This document shows positions 36,592 to 46,405 of a stretch of DNA of 64,000 bases, in pieces. How positions within the stretch are numbered: position 1 is the stretch's first letter; every line of letters starts with the position of its first letter. Source of the stretch: Methanobacteriota archaeon (lineage in GTDB: Archaea; Thermoplasmatota; Poseidoniia; Poseidoniales; Poseidoniaceae); NCBI GenBank assembly GCA_002722615.1, contig PBMQ01000036.1:3207-67206 (forward strand), written 5' to 3'. The notes below the pieces were generated by a model. The model made no database searches, was not told the DNA's origin, and saw only the letters and a program-made list of their open reading frames with translations. The translations under genes and the position numbers were made by a program.

Positions 36592-36663
36592 GCCCGCTTG
36601 GTGTAGAGGTTATCATGCAGGATTGTCATTCCTGCGACCCGGGTTCAATTCCCGGAGTGGGCG
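36592..36663 (+). tRNA. tRNA-Asp (anticodon GUC), CCA not encoded
   Basis: Hand-folded. Acceptor GCCCGCT/AGTGGGC (one G:T pair); U8, A14, GG in the D-loop; anticodon stem CAGGA/TCCTG with loop TTGTCAT; T-arm CCGGG-TTCAATT-CCCGG; discriminator G followed by CCT. Confidence 0.85.
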
Positions 36664-36824
36664 CCTTACTCTTCACGATGATGAGTTGTTACTGTCCCAC
36701 AAACTCGGCACCAAACCTTGATTCCATCAATTCGTGGAGTTGCTCCTGCGATGTCGATGCTGGCTCCGCATTGGCACTGGACAACGTTGCGCATGAGTCT
36801 CCGAATCACTTGTTGTTCATCAAC

Positions 36825-37922
36825 TCAGCGATGGGTTTGGCTCTCAATTACACATTCATAGCGATACATTGACTTGCTCGGTGAGAAGCCTTTCACAGAT
36901 TCAATAGTGTTGGACTGAACAGCATAACCTGCTGCTTCAAATTGACGAGCAAGTTTAGATCCTACCGCGCTTGATGCCTCTTTCTCTTGAATCGTCCAAC
37001 CGCAAATCAATGCTCGATTTGGGTTCAGTAACGGTGTTAAATCTCGAAGGTGAGTTATGCCATCATGTGGGAGATTTACGAGCAAAACGTCTGATGTACC
37101 ATTCAATTCGGAACATTCAGTTGCTAGATTTCTTGCATCCAAACATGAAATTGAAAACATTCCTGGAGACTTGCGCTTGTTTTCAAAGCGTTCCATGTTT
37201 CGCTCAAGAAGGGGGGTCGTTTCAGGATTCATATCATTGACATGAACAGATTCAGTCAACTTAGCATCGGTGTAGAGATAAGCCATTGCTGGACCTACGC
37301 CTGCATATGCGTCAACGATTCTGAGTGGGCGATTGAATTCCGAAGCAAATGTTTGAATAGATTCGAATGTTTTCTTCCGTTGTTCAGAAAGTCGTGCAGA
37401 ATAGTAAGCTATTGAAGGGTCGACTTCAATTCTATGGCCATGCTCCTTCACGTATGTTTGTGTCGAAAGAGATGAGTCACGAGAGTGGATTGGGTTGAGG
37501 TTTCGCACACGGAATTCCCCTGTTACGCCTTCGTCATGGCAAACGATGCGAACGTTCGGGTAACGTTTCAGCATCGCTTCCGCTATTTCTGTTGCAACGG
37601 TTTGCATTGCTTCAGGGATTTTGACAAGTAAGACATCACCAAGGATTTCAAACGATTGGGGGAATTCTTCTGCGTATTCTTGTTGTAATGATGGTTCTAG
37701 GTGTGCCGTCCAATGCTGTATTCGCTTTTCAGTTGCTTCTCTCTCGAGAACAGGAAAGCCTTGCCAGACTGCATCATTTCGTGAAGGTGCGCTATTAACC
37801 AAAGGAATCAACCGGTCACCATCTAGAGATTGAACACCGAAACCAATTGCGTACCAGCCGTGCTCTTTGCATCGTTGAATCCAATGCGCCGTCTGAGCAC
37901 TCGGCACCCTCAAATGACGCAT
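36825..37922 (-). CDS. trm5: tRNA (guanine37-N1)-methyltransferase Trm5 / Taw2-like (Met-10+ family)
   Basis: 'ILGDVLLVKIPE', 'VDAYAGVGPAMAYL' (SAM motif I), 'VLLVNLPHDG' (NLP(H/Y) catalytic loop). Start trimmed to ATG 37922; the longer ORF reaches 37994. Confidence 0.7.
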   Translation of the reverse strand: MRHLRVPSAQTAHWIQRCKEHGWYAIGFGVQSLDGDRLIPLVNSAPSRNDAVWQGFPVLEREATEKRIQHWTAHLEPSLQQEYAEEFPQSFEILGDVLLVKIPEAMQTVATEIAEAMLKRYPNVRIVCHDEGVTGEFRVRNLNPIHSRDSSLSTQTYVKEHGHRIEVDPSIAYYSARLSEQRKKTFESIQTFASEFNRPLRIVDAYAGVGPAMAYLYTDAKLTESVHVNDMNPETTPLLERNMERFENKRKSPGMFSISCLDARNLATECSELNGTSDVLLVNLPHDGITHLRDLTPLLNPNRALICGWTIQEKEASSAVGSKLARQFEAAGYAVQSNTIESVKGFSPSKSMYRYECVIESQTHR

Positions 37923-37959
37923 GAGCCTCGGAGGTTCATCGCAAGTAAGAGGTTTGAGG

Positions 37960-38778
37960 ATGAAAAGTGATGATGAGACGGGGTTTGCACTCATAGGTAT
38001 GGGCCCTGGAAAGGTTGATTCGATGACCTTTGAAGCCGTCGAGGTAGCTAAGAATTCTGATGTCCGCCTCTACGAAGCCTATACAGCATTATGGCCAGAT
38101 GATGAATTGGAGCGCCTTGAAACCATGATTGGTCCTATCAAACGAATCATGCGACCCGCAGTCGAACGCCCAGAAACACTCTTCGAACAAGCCAAGGACA
38201 AATTGGTAGCGATTCTCGTTGTCGGCGATCCTATGCAGGCAACAACCCATATCGATTTCCAACTTCGCGCAGAAAAGGAAGGGATTCCTGTACGCGTCAT
38301 TCACGGGATTTCTGTTACAACACTTGTTCCTGGATCAACCGGCCTCTCTGATTACAAATTTGGTCGTTCAACAACATTGACCTACCCATACGGTGATTGG
38401 ATTGTCACCTCTCCCCTCGAAGTTATGTTGCGAAACAAAGCACAGGGATTTCACACTCTGGTCTTGTTCGATCTTGACCCAACAGGAGCAGGAACAGGGG
38501 ATCAGAGCCCGATGCAACCGCAAGATGCGCTTCTTAGTATTGAAAAAATGATTGAGAAACTCCAACATTCGGAGATGGAGGAGTCAATCAAACAGCAAGC
38601 CTCGGACCTGCTTGATTCAGAAATTGTTCTGTGTTGCGATCTTGGCACAAACGACGCATTTTTGAAAACAACAACTGTTGGCGGTCTTCGTAACCTTTCG
38701 GGCGGGAGATTGAATTGCATGGTCTTCTTAGCCAACATGTCGGAGATGGAACTAGAAGCCATAAATCGATGGAAGTGA
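37960..38778 (+). CDS. dphB: diphthine synthase
   Basis: 'FALIGMGPGKVDSMTFEAVEVAKNSDVRLYEAYTALW', 'VAILVVGDPMQATTH', 'IPVRVIHGISV' indicate the tetrapyrrole-methylase fold in the Dph5 pattern. ATG 37960 is preceded by GAGGA. Confidence 0.85.
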   Translation: MKSDDETGFALIGMGPGKVDSMTFEAVEVAKNSDVRLYEAYTALWPDDELERLETMIGPIKRIMRPAVERPETLFEQAKDKLVAILVVGDPMQATTHIDFQLRAEKEGIPVRVIHGISVTTLVPGSTGLSDYKFGRSTTLTYPYGDWIVTSPLEVMLRNKAQGFHTLVLFDLDPTGAGTGDQSPMQPQDALLSIEKMIEKLQHSEMEESIKQQASDLLDSEIVLCCDLGTNDAFLKTTTVGGLRNLSGGRLNCMVFLANMSEMELEAINRWK

Positions 38779-38782
38779 TGAA

Positions 38783-41440
38783 ATGAGCGAAAGTATAGAT
38801 GCCGAGCTTGTAAATGAGCAGCCGGAGTCGTTTCTTTCACCGCTTTATCATTTTAACATCAACATGTTAACTCCGAGTTGGTATAGGAACTTCTCTGTGA
38901 GAAAATTGGCATACTCTCTGTCCGTTTTGTACTTGGCATGGATGTTTGCAAAGCACGGAGTCAAGGCGCTCCTCGTCACAGAGAAATACATCCCTGTTGT
39001 ATCTGTAATCTTCCCAACAGGATGGAGTTCTGCGGTACTGATGCTTGTTGGCGTTATCGACGTGACCATTGCCTGTCTTTTGCTCGTTCGAAATCGCCCG
39101 TGGGTCCTTCTTTACGCAGGGATTTACCCTTTTGCGCCGTTAATTCTTTCATACGTTGCAACCGGTGAGCTTGAACTAATTGGGAAAATAATCATTCAGG
39201 TCGTTGCAATTCTTGCACTCTTCACTGCGCCTGCAGAGATGAATTTCTTTTACAAGATAAAGCAACATGAAGCATATACAGCAAAGCGAAATACGATTCT
39301 TGGGAGTCTAATTTTGCTCGGCCCATCCGCTATTGTTGGCATTGTTTATTTGCTACCCAATTCAATGGATTTCGGCATCCTCGTCTCCTTCTTGATGTTC
39401 TTGTCGTTCTTCGCAGCTGTTGGCCTTGCGAGCATGTTTGTCAAACAAGACACAACTGATGACTATCTCGTTGCAGGACGGGGCATGCATCCTGCTTTAG
39501 CTGCACTTTCAGCAGTGAGTACGTGGAATTCTGGTTACATGTTCATCGGTTTCATTGGTTTCATCTACTTGATGGGTTACTCCGCAATTTGGATTGGAGT
39601 GATCTCAACAATTGGACAATTTGTAGCATGGGCATGGTTGTATAAGTTCATTCAAAAAGAAGGAAACGAGCGTGGACTACGCTCTCTCTCATCATTGGTC
39701 GCTGAAAAGGCAGGAGCGCCTGAAGCAAAATTAGCCGCGGTTCTTTCCGTGTTTTTCCTAGCCATCTATGCGGCAGCTCAGCTAACCGCTGGTGGTAAAG
39801 CGCTCTTTGTCATGCTTAACTGGCCAGAACTTGTTGGAATTCTCATCGGATTCGTTCTCGTTGTTGCGTACTGCTATGCTGGAGGAATTCGAGCTTCGAT
39901 TTGGACCGATGCTGCGCAGTCTTGCGTCATGATCGTTGGCTCCGTGATCCTTTGTTGGGTTGCACTCGGAAACGTTGGTGGCTTCTCGGGCATGCATGAA
40001 AATCTTGAATCGCAAAGTGCAACTCTTGTCAACTTCTTACCTACAGATATCTCACTCGGAATCTCTCTGTATTTTGTGGCGTTCTTCTTGGGAGGCTTGG
40101 GCGTTGCCGGACAACCACAAGTCGTTTCTCGAGTCATGACGCTCAAATCTGACAAGGATAGGAAGCAGGCCATGATCTGGTTCTTTGTTTGGCAGACGCC
40201 TTTCATTGCCCTGATGTTCATTGTTGGACTCGCAAGTCGTGTCTTGTTTACAGACGGTGATTTCGATGCTGAACTTGGACTTCCAGCACTTGCAATGGAC
40301 ACCCTTCCAGCACTCGGCGTCGGCATGATCCTTGCATCCATCTTTGCAGCAACGATGTCAACTGCAGACAGTCAAGTTCTAGCATGTACTGCAGCAATTA
40401 CAGACGATATCAAACCCGAGTGGCGCGAAGATCACAAGACCACAAAGAAAGTCACGCTCTACGTAGCAGCGGCTGCGACATTGATTTCGATTGCAGGCCT
40501 CTACATTCCAGGTGGAGACTCTGTGTTTACGTTGGTCGTCCTCGCTGTGTATGGTCTTGGTGGCATCTTTGTACCACTCCTCATCATCCGATGGTTGGGA
40601 TACAAACCTGATTCATTCCATTCGATTGTAATGATGATTTCAGCCTTCACAGGCGTCATCATTTGGACGCTCCTCGGTCTCGGTGAAGATGTGTTTCCGT
40701 CCGTACCTGGAGTTGGCGCTGCCTTTACATCACATATTGTCATGTGTCTGATGAGAAATGATTCAGCATCCAATCCGTTTGGCCGGTTTGAAATTACTCA
40801 AGAGCACCGAAAGAAATTTACTACATTTGGAGTCATAGCACTATGCTTCGTAGGAGTTGCTGAAGCCAGTTATGCAATCTATGCTCCTGATTCCACAGAG
40901 GATGGTTTTAGTGATGAAATAAGAATGTACACGATAGGTAATTGGAGTTTTACCACGCTAGAAATCGCTTCTGGTAGTCAAGAAATTGCGAGTGGGTCCT
41001 CGATTCAGGTTACTGCCGACTACGCGGGTGCAGATGGGCGGCCTATTGGATATGAGTTTACTGCAACGCATTCAGACAACGAACAAGCTTGTGATTTTAC
41101 AGCATCAACCATTGATGATGATGTTTCAATCGAAGGAGGAATTGGGGAATATCTCATCTCTAGGACCGATTCTGATGATACGATCACTGATGGAGCAATA
41201 TGGATAAACACATCCCTTTTGGAGGCTGATTCGATGCCCATCGCCATTTCCGAAGCTCAAATCATAGCGGGGCTAGCCCCGGGAGATATCGGATTGGGAG
41301 AATACTCGTTTGAGCTTGGGGTTACAGCAAATAGTGATGGCGGGGTCATTTGCCAAAATAACGATGATAGTGAAATCGTTGATTGGAAAATTGAGATTGT
41401 TTTCTTGGATTCGTTCAGTACATCCTACACTACAGGTTGA
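38783..41440 (+). CDS. sodium:solute symporter (SSS, PutP-like) with extra N-terminal TM module and C-terminal extracytoplasmic domain
   Basis: SSS core 'DDYLVAGRGMHPALAALSAVSTWNSGYMFIGFIGFIY' and the TM helices that follow. About 190 aa of additional N-terminal TM helices and about 215 aa of acidic C-terminal soluble region. Confidence 0.75.
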   Translation: MSESIDAELVNEQPESFLSPLYHFNINMLTPSWYRNFSVRKLAYSLSVLYLAWMFAKHGVKALLVTEKYIPVVSVIFPTGWSSAVLMLVGVIDVTIACLLLVRNRPWVLLYAGIYPFAPLILSYVATGELELIGKIIIQVVAILALFTAPAEMNFFYKIKQHEAYTAKRNTILGSLILLGPSAIVGIVYLLPNSMDFGILVSFLMFLSFFAAVGLASMFVKQDTTDDYLVAGRGMHPALAALSAVSTWNSGYMFIGFIGFIYLMGYSAIWIGVISTIGQFVAWAWLYKFIQKEGNERGLRSLSSLVAEKAGAPEAKLAAVLSVFFLAIYAAAQLTAGGKALFVMLNWPELVGILIGFVLVVAYCYAGGIRASIWTDAAQSCVMIVGSVILCWVALGNVGGFSGMHENLESQSATLVNFLPTDISLGISLYFVAFFLGGLGVAGQPQVVSRVMTLKSDKDRKQAMIWFFVWQTPFIALMFIVGLASRVLFTDGDFDAELGLPALAMDTLPALGVGMILASIFAATMSTADSQVLACTAAITDDIKPEWREDHKTTKKVTLYVAAAATLISIAGLYIPGGDSVFTLVVLAVYGLGGIFVPLLIIRWLGYKPDSFHSIVMMISAFTGVIIWTLLGLGEDVFPSVPGVGAAFTSHIVMCLMRNDSASNPFGRFEITQEHRKKFTTFGVIALCFVGVAEASYAIYAPDSTEDGFSDEIRMYTIGNWSFTTLEIASGSQEIASGSSIQVTADYAGADGRPIGYEFTATHSDNEQACDFTASTIDDDVSIEGGIGEYLISRTDSDDTITDGAIWINTSLLEADSMPIAISEAQIIAGLAPGDIGLGEYSFELGVTANSDGGVICQNNDDSEIVDWKIEIVFLDSFSTSYTTG

Positions 41441-42269
41441 AACTCTGACCCTCTTCACCTAATCGCCAACCAAGTTGTACAAGTTCTTGATGTTCTATGC
41501 CTGTCTGGTCATATGCTGGGTTTGTATGATTCAAATGTATGAAGGAGATGTCAGGATCTGTCTGTTTGCGACTTCCTAAGCGCTGAAGAGAGTCTTCAAT
41601 TGTTGGATGAGGCACTACGCTCATGTCCCTGCCCTGAAGTTCGCCACCAGACCAAAATGTTCCGTCAAGAAGAGCAATGTCGATATTGTGTTTACTAAGA
41701 AAAGCGCGAATGGTATTGCATGAATGGGCGACGAGTGTTTCATTCCAAGTATCATGATCGGGTAAGAAAAGCAGTGATTTCTCTCTTCCCCGAATAATGA
41801 TTGCATGCATATCAGAAAGTTCGGCTCGATGTGGAATATGGATGAATTCAACGATGACATCATCAATTTCTGTTCGCGGAAAAGTGCCAAATTCCAGCAC
41901 ATTTTGCAATAATAGTTGATTCCATGCTGGTGTCCGCTCGATCAACGAATACATCGACGGGCTGCAATGAAGTTGGATGTTTCGGGCTGACATTGTTTCA
42001 CGACCGAAAAGACCCAAACCGTCGACGTGCCCGAGATGTGCATGGGTAATGAAAAGGTGATCGATACTAGGATTTCCAATCATGCGAAGTTGTCGACCAA
42101 GATCGCGCGTCGCTTCGATAAGGAGAGTTGTTCCATTGTTGGTTTGTATGCTTAAGGATACAGGACTTCGATAGTCTGCCTCTGTCAATCCCTCACAACA
42201 AGAGCGTGTACAACCCGGCTGAGGGCGGCCTCCGTCCTGCGCAATACCCAGCAAGGTGAGGATGGCCAT
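41430..42269 (-). CDS. MBL-fold metallo-hydrolase, PqqB-like
   Basis: 'ILTLLGIAQDGGRPQPGCTRSCC' (PqqB-type N-terminus), 'LFITHAHLGHVDGL' (HxHxxH variant of the MBL HxHxDH motif; Asp at the fifth position is replaced by Gly), 'HIPH'. Confidence 0.65.
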   Translation of the reverse strand: MAILTLLGIAQDGGRPQPGCTRSCCEGLTEADYRSPVSLSIQTNNGTTLLIEATRDLGRQLRMIGNPSIDHLFITHAHLGHVDGLGLFGRETMSARNIQLHCSPSMYSLIERTPAWNQLLLQNVLEFGTFPRTEIDDVIVEFIHIPHRAELSDMHAIIIRGREKSLLFLPDHDTWNETLVAHSCNTIRAFLSKHNIDIALLDGTFWSGGELQGRDMSVVPHPTIEDSLQRLGSRKQTDPDISFIHLNHTNPAYDQTGIEHQELVQLGWRLGEEGQSFNL

Positions 42270-42355
42270 GTCAAGAGGAATGGCTCCTGCAACATAGACG
42301 TATTTACGGGGAAGACCTCAAGCGGGACGTCTGTTTGGATTGAATCGACCGGCAT

Positions 42356-44110
42356 ATGGCACGACCTGCACAAGTATCCTTCCCTGGCCAAAAGCAAAGG
42401 ATGCGAATGCGTGGAACAAAGCATGCAAATGATGCCACAGCAAAGCGTCTAGGTCGACAGTTACGTCAGTTGCTTGAAGATCCAAATGCATACCTTCCTG
42501 AAATGACATGGAAGGGTCGGTTGAGTTGGGGTCGTCGAGACCCGGTGACCAAAACGCTTCTCGATCTGAAGAAAATTGTCGCAAAAAAGGATGATGTGAA
42601 ATGGCTTTCAAAGCGAATGCTTGCGAAAAGAGGTGACCCTGTTGGGAAAGCGTTTGCTGGCTCTTTACATGCCGCTCATGATGATGAGATTTCTCTTGTT
42701 GGGAACTTCAAATCACCAAATTTTGGTTCTGGCTCCTTCATTCGCAGAGGTGACGGAAAACAAGGCTATCTTGCAGGATTGCAGAACCACCAAAATCTCA
42801 CGTTGCGAATGTTACCTTGGGAAGACCATGCTCGAAAGGGGATGTACTTCTTCTCGTGGGAGAACGGATTTGTCTGTACAGGCCCGAACCCAACACCGCC
42901 AAAGGGTTGGCTTGAGGATGTCCTTGAACGTTCACGTTTTGATTTTAAGCATCAAGAAATCGAGGGGGTTGAAGTTTACGTGGCAGGCGAAATCAATGCC
43001 GATGATGTCCTCAACAGCATACCTTCTACTCAGGGGTGGGTTCGTCTATCCTTCAATCACGGGCCGATTGTTGGTATCGATTTGCAATCTCTCAAGGCAA
43101 CAAAAGAGAAGCAGAGTGCCTTTGTTCACCATCTTGCACTATCGATGCTTCCACCTTTGTTGACATCCGTTGTTGAGATTGATGCAATGTGGGTTCCGAA
43201 CGGTTGGGATGTGAATGATGAACTACCTGAAGGTGCAAAAGAAGGCCTGGATAAACTCATTGCTGGCTGGCATGGTTTGACTGTACCTGAAGGAAATCTA
43301 ACACATGCATGTCAACGATCAGTTCTCGATTCATTGGATTTCGGCTTGCTTATTGGTTCTTCATGGAGCAGGGGAGATTCTATCGAGCAAATCCTTGAAT
43401 CGCTAGAAAACATGGCTGGGAACGAAGATGAAAAATTGTTGGCTGCCGGAGTGTTCCTTGAAGCAATGAACCAGTCAGGTGAAGGAATCCGCATTGATTC
43501 AAGAGGAGGTATCCAAGAACGTGAAGGAAGCATTGTCGAAGTCATGGAAGGTGCTAGCCTTACTGATGCAGTCAACGCCCTATGGGAAGATTTTGGATTG
43601 GCCGGACTCGATTCAATTGGCATTGAAGGTGATGAAGCTCAGATTATTTGGGAGCAACAACTCAAGAAACCAAAACCTCTCAAAACTTTCCTCAAGGGGC
43701 TGGATTCTTCACGGAAAAAAGCCCAAGAGAAGGCGAAGTTCCCCTACCGGGTCGGTGTTCTTCGTGGTGCAGTGGGGGCTATTCACGACCTCATTCTCAC
43801 CGGCCTGCTTGAAGGTCCGGGCATTGCAGAACGCAAGGCTACTGCACGTCATGATGACATCGATAGTGCCGCTGCCGGTTGGGCATGGCTACGAGCCGCT
43901 AACCGTTCAACTGGACAAGATTGGCATTTTGAGTCCCTTGCTCGAGACCGCGGTGGGGCTTGGATGGAAGCCACAAAGGCTCTCCTTGAAGCAGGAAAAG
44001 ACCTCCTTGATTCGGATGGTTCAGATAACTCATCCTTCGTGAATGCGTTGAAAGCGCTGCATACTGCAACGGGGCAACAAGAGCCTCTTCCAGATCAAGC
44101 CAAGGCTTGA
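42356..44110 (+). CDS. hypothetical protein, 584 aa, no recognisable domain
   Basis: Long uninterrupted ORF with an ATG start and normal-looking composition. Basic N-terminus, Gly/Asp/Glu-rich middle. No motif I can assign. Confidence 0.5.
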   Translation: MARPAQVSFPGQKQRMRMRGTKHANDATAKRLGRQLRQLLEDPNAYLPEMTWKGRLSWGRRDPVTKTLLDLKKIVAKKDDVKWLSKRMLAKRGDPVGKAFAGSLHAAHDDEISLVGNFKSPNFGSGSFIRRGDGKQGYLAGLQNHQNLTLRMLPWEDHARKGMYFFSWENGFVCTGPNPTPPKGWLEDVLERSRFDFKHQEIEGVEVYVAGEINADDVLNSIPSTQGWVRLSFNHGPIVGIDLQSLKATKEKQSAFVHHLALSMLPPLLTSVVEIDAMWVPNGWDVNDELPEGAKEGLDKLIAGWHGLTVPEGNLTHACQRSVLDSLDFGLLIGSSWSRGDSIEQILESLENMAGNEDEKLLAAGVFLEAMNQSGEGIRIDSRGGIQEREGSIVEVMEGASLTDAVNALWEDFGLAGLDSIGIEGDEAQIIWEQQLKKPKPLKTFLKGLDSSRKKAQEKAKFPYRVGVLRGAVGAIHDLILTGLLEGPGIAERKATARHDDIDSAAAGWAWLRAANRSTGQDWHFESLARDRGGAWMEATKALLEAGKDLLDSDGSDNSSFVNALKALHTATGQQEPLPDQAKA

Positions 44111-45264
44111 TTGAGGTCGTCCCAGAGATCTTCAACGTCTTCGATACCAACACTAATTCGAACATAGCCCGGTTCGATTCCTGCTGCAATACGGACGTCG
44201 ACTGGCATAGCCATGTGACTCGATGTGGCTGGAACTTCAATCAACGACTCAACACCGCCGAGTGATGTTGCTTCATAGAATATGTCCAACTTTGACATAA
44301 AATCCATTGCTCCTTCATCGCCACCTGCAACAACAATCCCGAGCATCCCGCATCCCTTTGGAACGACACGTTGTGCAACTTCGTAATCTGGATGTGATGG
44401 AAGTGTTACATGTTGAACACGAACTACATTGGGGTGGTTTTGGAGGCGTCGTGCAAGTTCAGCAGAATTTGAGGTAAGGATTGGCATTCGGGCGTGCAAG
44501 GTTCGCATACCTCGTTCCAACATGTAGCAGTTGTGAGGATCTGGTGCTCCGCCAAAGTGAACTCGTCCTTTGAAGATCTGAGCAATAAGTTCCTTTGAAC
44601 CAACGACTGCACCGCCAAGAAGGTCAGAATGGCCTCCAAGGAACTTTGTTGTGGAATGAATAACCAAATCTGCACCCATTGAGAGTGGCTGACAAGCCCA
44701 CGGAGATGCGAATGTATTGTCGACAATAACCAAGAGATTGTGCCGCTTTGCAACCTCGACCATTGCAGGAATGTCACAAACCTTGAGATTTGGATTGGTA
44801 ATGGTTTCAATGTACAGAATCTTAGTGTTGTCTTGAATCGCTGCTTCGTATGATGAAGGATCGCAAAGATCTGCCATGGTCGTTTCAATACCCAATCGCG
44901 GCAACTCTTCAGTCATGAGCCCATACGTACCGCCATAAACATCGGCTGAAGCTACGATGTGATCACCTTGGTTGAGGAGCATCATGAGCGTGGTGGAAAT
45001 AGCGGCCATGCCGCTTGCGAAGGTTTCAGCATCCTCTCCACCTTCCATTGCACAGATTTTCTGAGCAACCGCATCAGAATTCACTGAAGAAAGACGGGAA
45101 TAGAGGAGTGTGTGTTGAGCACCTGCCGCCCAACCTGCATATCGCTCTTCAGTCAATTTGTAGGTCGATGAAAGGAAGATGGGGGTGTTGACGGAGTCGC
45201 CTATGTGATTGGTTCCTGCGTGTACGTTTTTTGTCGCCTCGCGTTGATTTTTGTGGTCTGACAT
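44095..45264 (-). CDS. Cys/Met-metabolism PLP-dependent enzyme (cystathionine gamma-synthase/lyase or O-acylhomoserine sulfhydrylase family)
   Basis: 'TPIFLSSTY', 'YSRLSSVN', PLP-lysine motif 'VIHSTTKFLGGHSDLLGG', 'SLGGVESLI'. Trimmed to ATG 45264 (389 aa) to remove the overlap with the EamA gene. Confidence 0.85.
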   Translation of the reverse strand: MSDHKNQREATKNVHAGTNHIGDSVNTPIFLSSTYKLTEERYAGWAAGAQHTLLYSRLSSVNSDAVAQKICAMEGGEDAETFASGMAAISTTLMMLLNQGDHIVASADVYGGTYGLMTEELPRLGIETTMADLCDPSSYEAAIQDNTKILYIETITNPNLKVCDIPAMVEVAKRHNLLVIVDNTFASPWACQPLSMGADLVIHSTTKFLGGHSDLLGGAVVGSKELIAQIFKGRVHFGGAPDPHNCYMLERGMRTLHARMPILTSNSAELARRLQNHPNVVRVQHVTLPSHPDYEVAQRVVPKGCGMLGIVVAGGDEGAMDFMSKLDIFYEATSLGGVESLIEVPATSSHMAMPVDVRIAAGIEPGYVRISVGIEDVEDLWDDLNQALA

Positions 45265-45326
45265 AGCCTCGCCCAGTTTTTCCTCGTGACAGGCAGGACT
45301 TGAACGATGTGCTACTTTTGAATGGA

Positions 45327-46313
45327 TTATTCTTCCTGACCTGGGTGAATAAGAATGGAATCTGGAGGGCGAGATGATTGATTTGGTTCCGGAATAAGGT
45401 CGTGTTCTGTTGTAGCTGTCTCCCGTAATTCGACCATAAGGTTGCCAGCCAAAAGGGCGCCACCACCTATCGCAATCCAACCAGTCCAATCAGTCATTTC
45501 AAGACCGAGTGCGAAGATTGTAGCCCAAACAGGTTCAAGCGCATAGATGATTGCTGCTTGTACTGGATGTAAATGTCGCTGAAGAATATTCAACAAAAGT
45601 AAGGCGAACAATGATCCTATGAGTCCAAGGCACAAGAGCGGCAATATCACGCCCTCATTGACTACAACAGAGATAGTATCGGGTGTTGAGCGTCCAGCAG
45701 TGAGGAGTGCGACGGCCAAACTTCCGAGCACCACGACAAGAAACGATGTACTTGTGACGCCAATTGGGCTCATCTTCTGAGTAATTTGTTGCGTAAAGAG
45801 AATGTGAAGTGCGAAGAAAAAGGCGCATATGACGGTTAGAATTTCACCCCACCCCCAAGAAAGGTGTGGTGGCCCTTCGATAAATCCAGCCCCAAACGTT
45901 GCCAGTGCAACCCCGAAAATCATCGTACGAGTTACGTTTTGCCCAGTCATTCTCGTTGTAATTAAGGCGGTAAATACGACATACAATGATGTCAAAAACG
46001 CAGAGGTTGACGGTGTAATCGAATCAAGTCCAATCATTTGAGTGATAAACCCAACAAGGAGGATACCCCCGAGAATCGCCCCCCCTTTCCATAACTCGGG
46101 ATTGAAAAGTGCTGCTTGTGCCTCTCTTGAAACCAAAACGAGTGCTATGAAGGCGATCAAGAATCGCCCCCCTACCAGTGCTGCAACTACTGGAGTCCTC
46201 CCATAAACCTCAATTTCTGGTTGGATGGCGTTCATTGCTTGCTTCATCCAAATGAAGGTCGCACCCCATGCCAGAGTGACCGCCAAAAGGCCCAGCGTCG
46301 CCTTACGTCGCAT
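45327..46313 (-). CDS. EamA/DMT-superfamily transporter
   Basis: 10 predicted TM helices in two halves. 'LLAVTLAWGATFIWMK' is an EamA-like start. Start ATG 46313; alternatives at 46325 and 46352. Confidence 0.7.
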   Translation of the reverse strand: MRRKATLGLLAVTLAWGATFIWMKQAMNAIQPEIEVYGRTPVVAALVGGRFLIAFIALVLVSREAQAALFNPELWKGGAILGGILLVGFITQMIGLDSITPSTSAFLTSLYVVFTALITTRMTGQNVTRTMIFGVALATFGAGFIEGPPHLSWGWGEILTVICAFFFALHILFTQQITQKMSPIGVTSTSFLVVVLGSLAVALLTAGRSTPDTISVVVNEGVILPLLCLGLIGSLFALLLLNILQRHLHPVQAAIIYALEPVWATIFALGLEMTDWTGWIAIGGGALLAGNLMVELRETATTEHDLIPEPNQSSRPPDSILIHPGQEE

Positions 46314-46405
46314 GGATGCCTCCATGTATTGCCTCTCTCGTTCATAGTGCATAGTGATGATGGTCGTTCAAGAAGCCTCAAAGGTTACCGAGAAGTGGTT
46401 ACCTC

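Noticed and set aside
32398-36663. tRNA-Arg and tRNA-Asp as possible integration hot spots flanking an island
   Set aside because: No integrase or recombinase, no direct repeat of a tRNA 3' end, and the intervening genes (RFC, rpoP, guaA-A) are core functions.
35978-36721. 247-aa plus-strand ORF rich in G/S/P/V (GGPVGGPEGGPVGG...)
   Set aside because: It is the antisense mirror of the Pro-rich/acidic low-complexity region of the minus-strand aldolase-like gene. It also runs through the tRNA-Asp gene. The minus-strand frame has a recognisable enzyme domain and this one has none.
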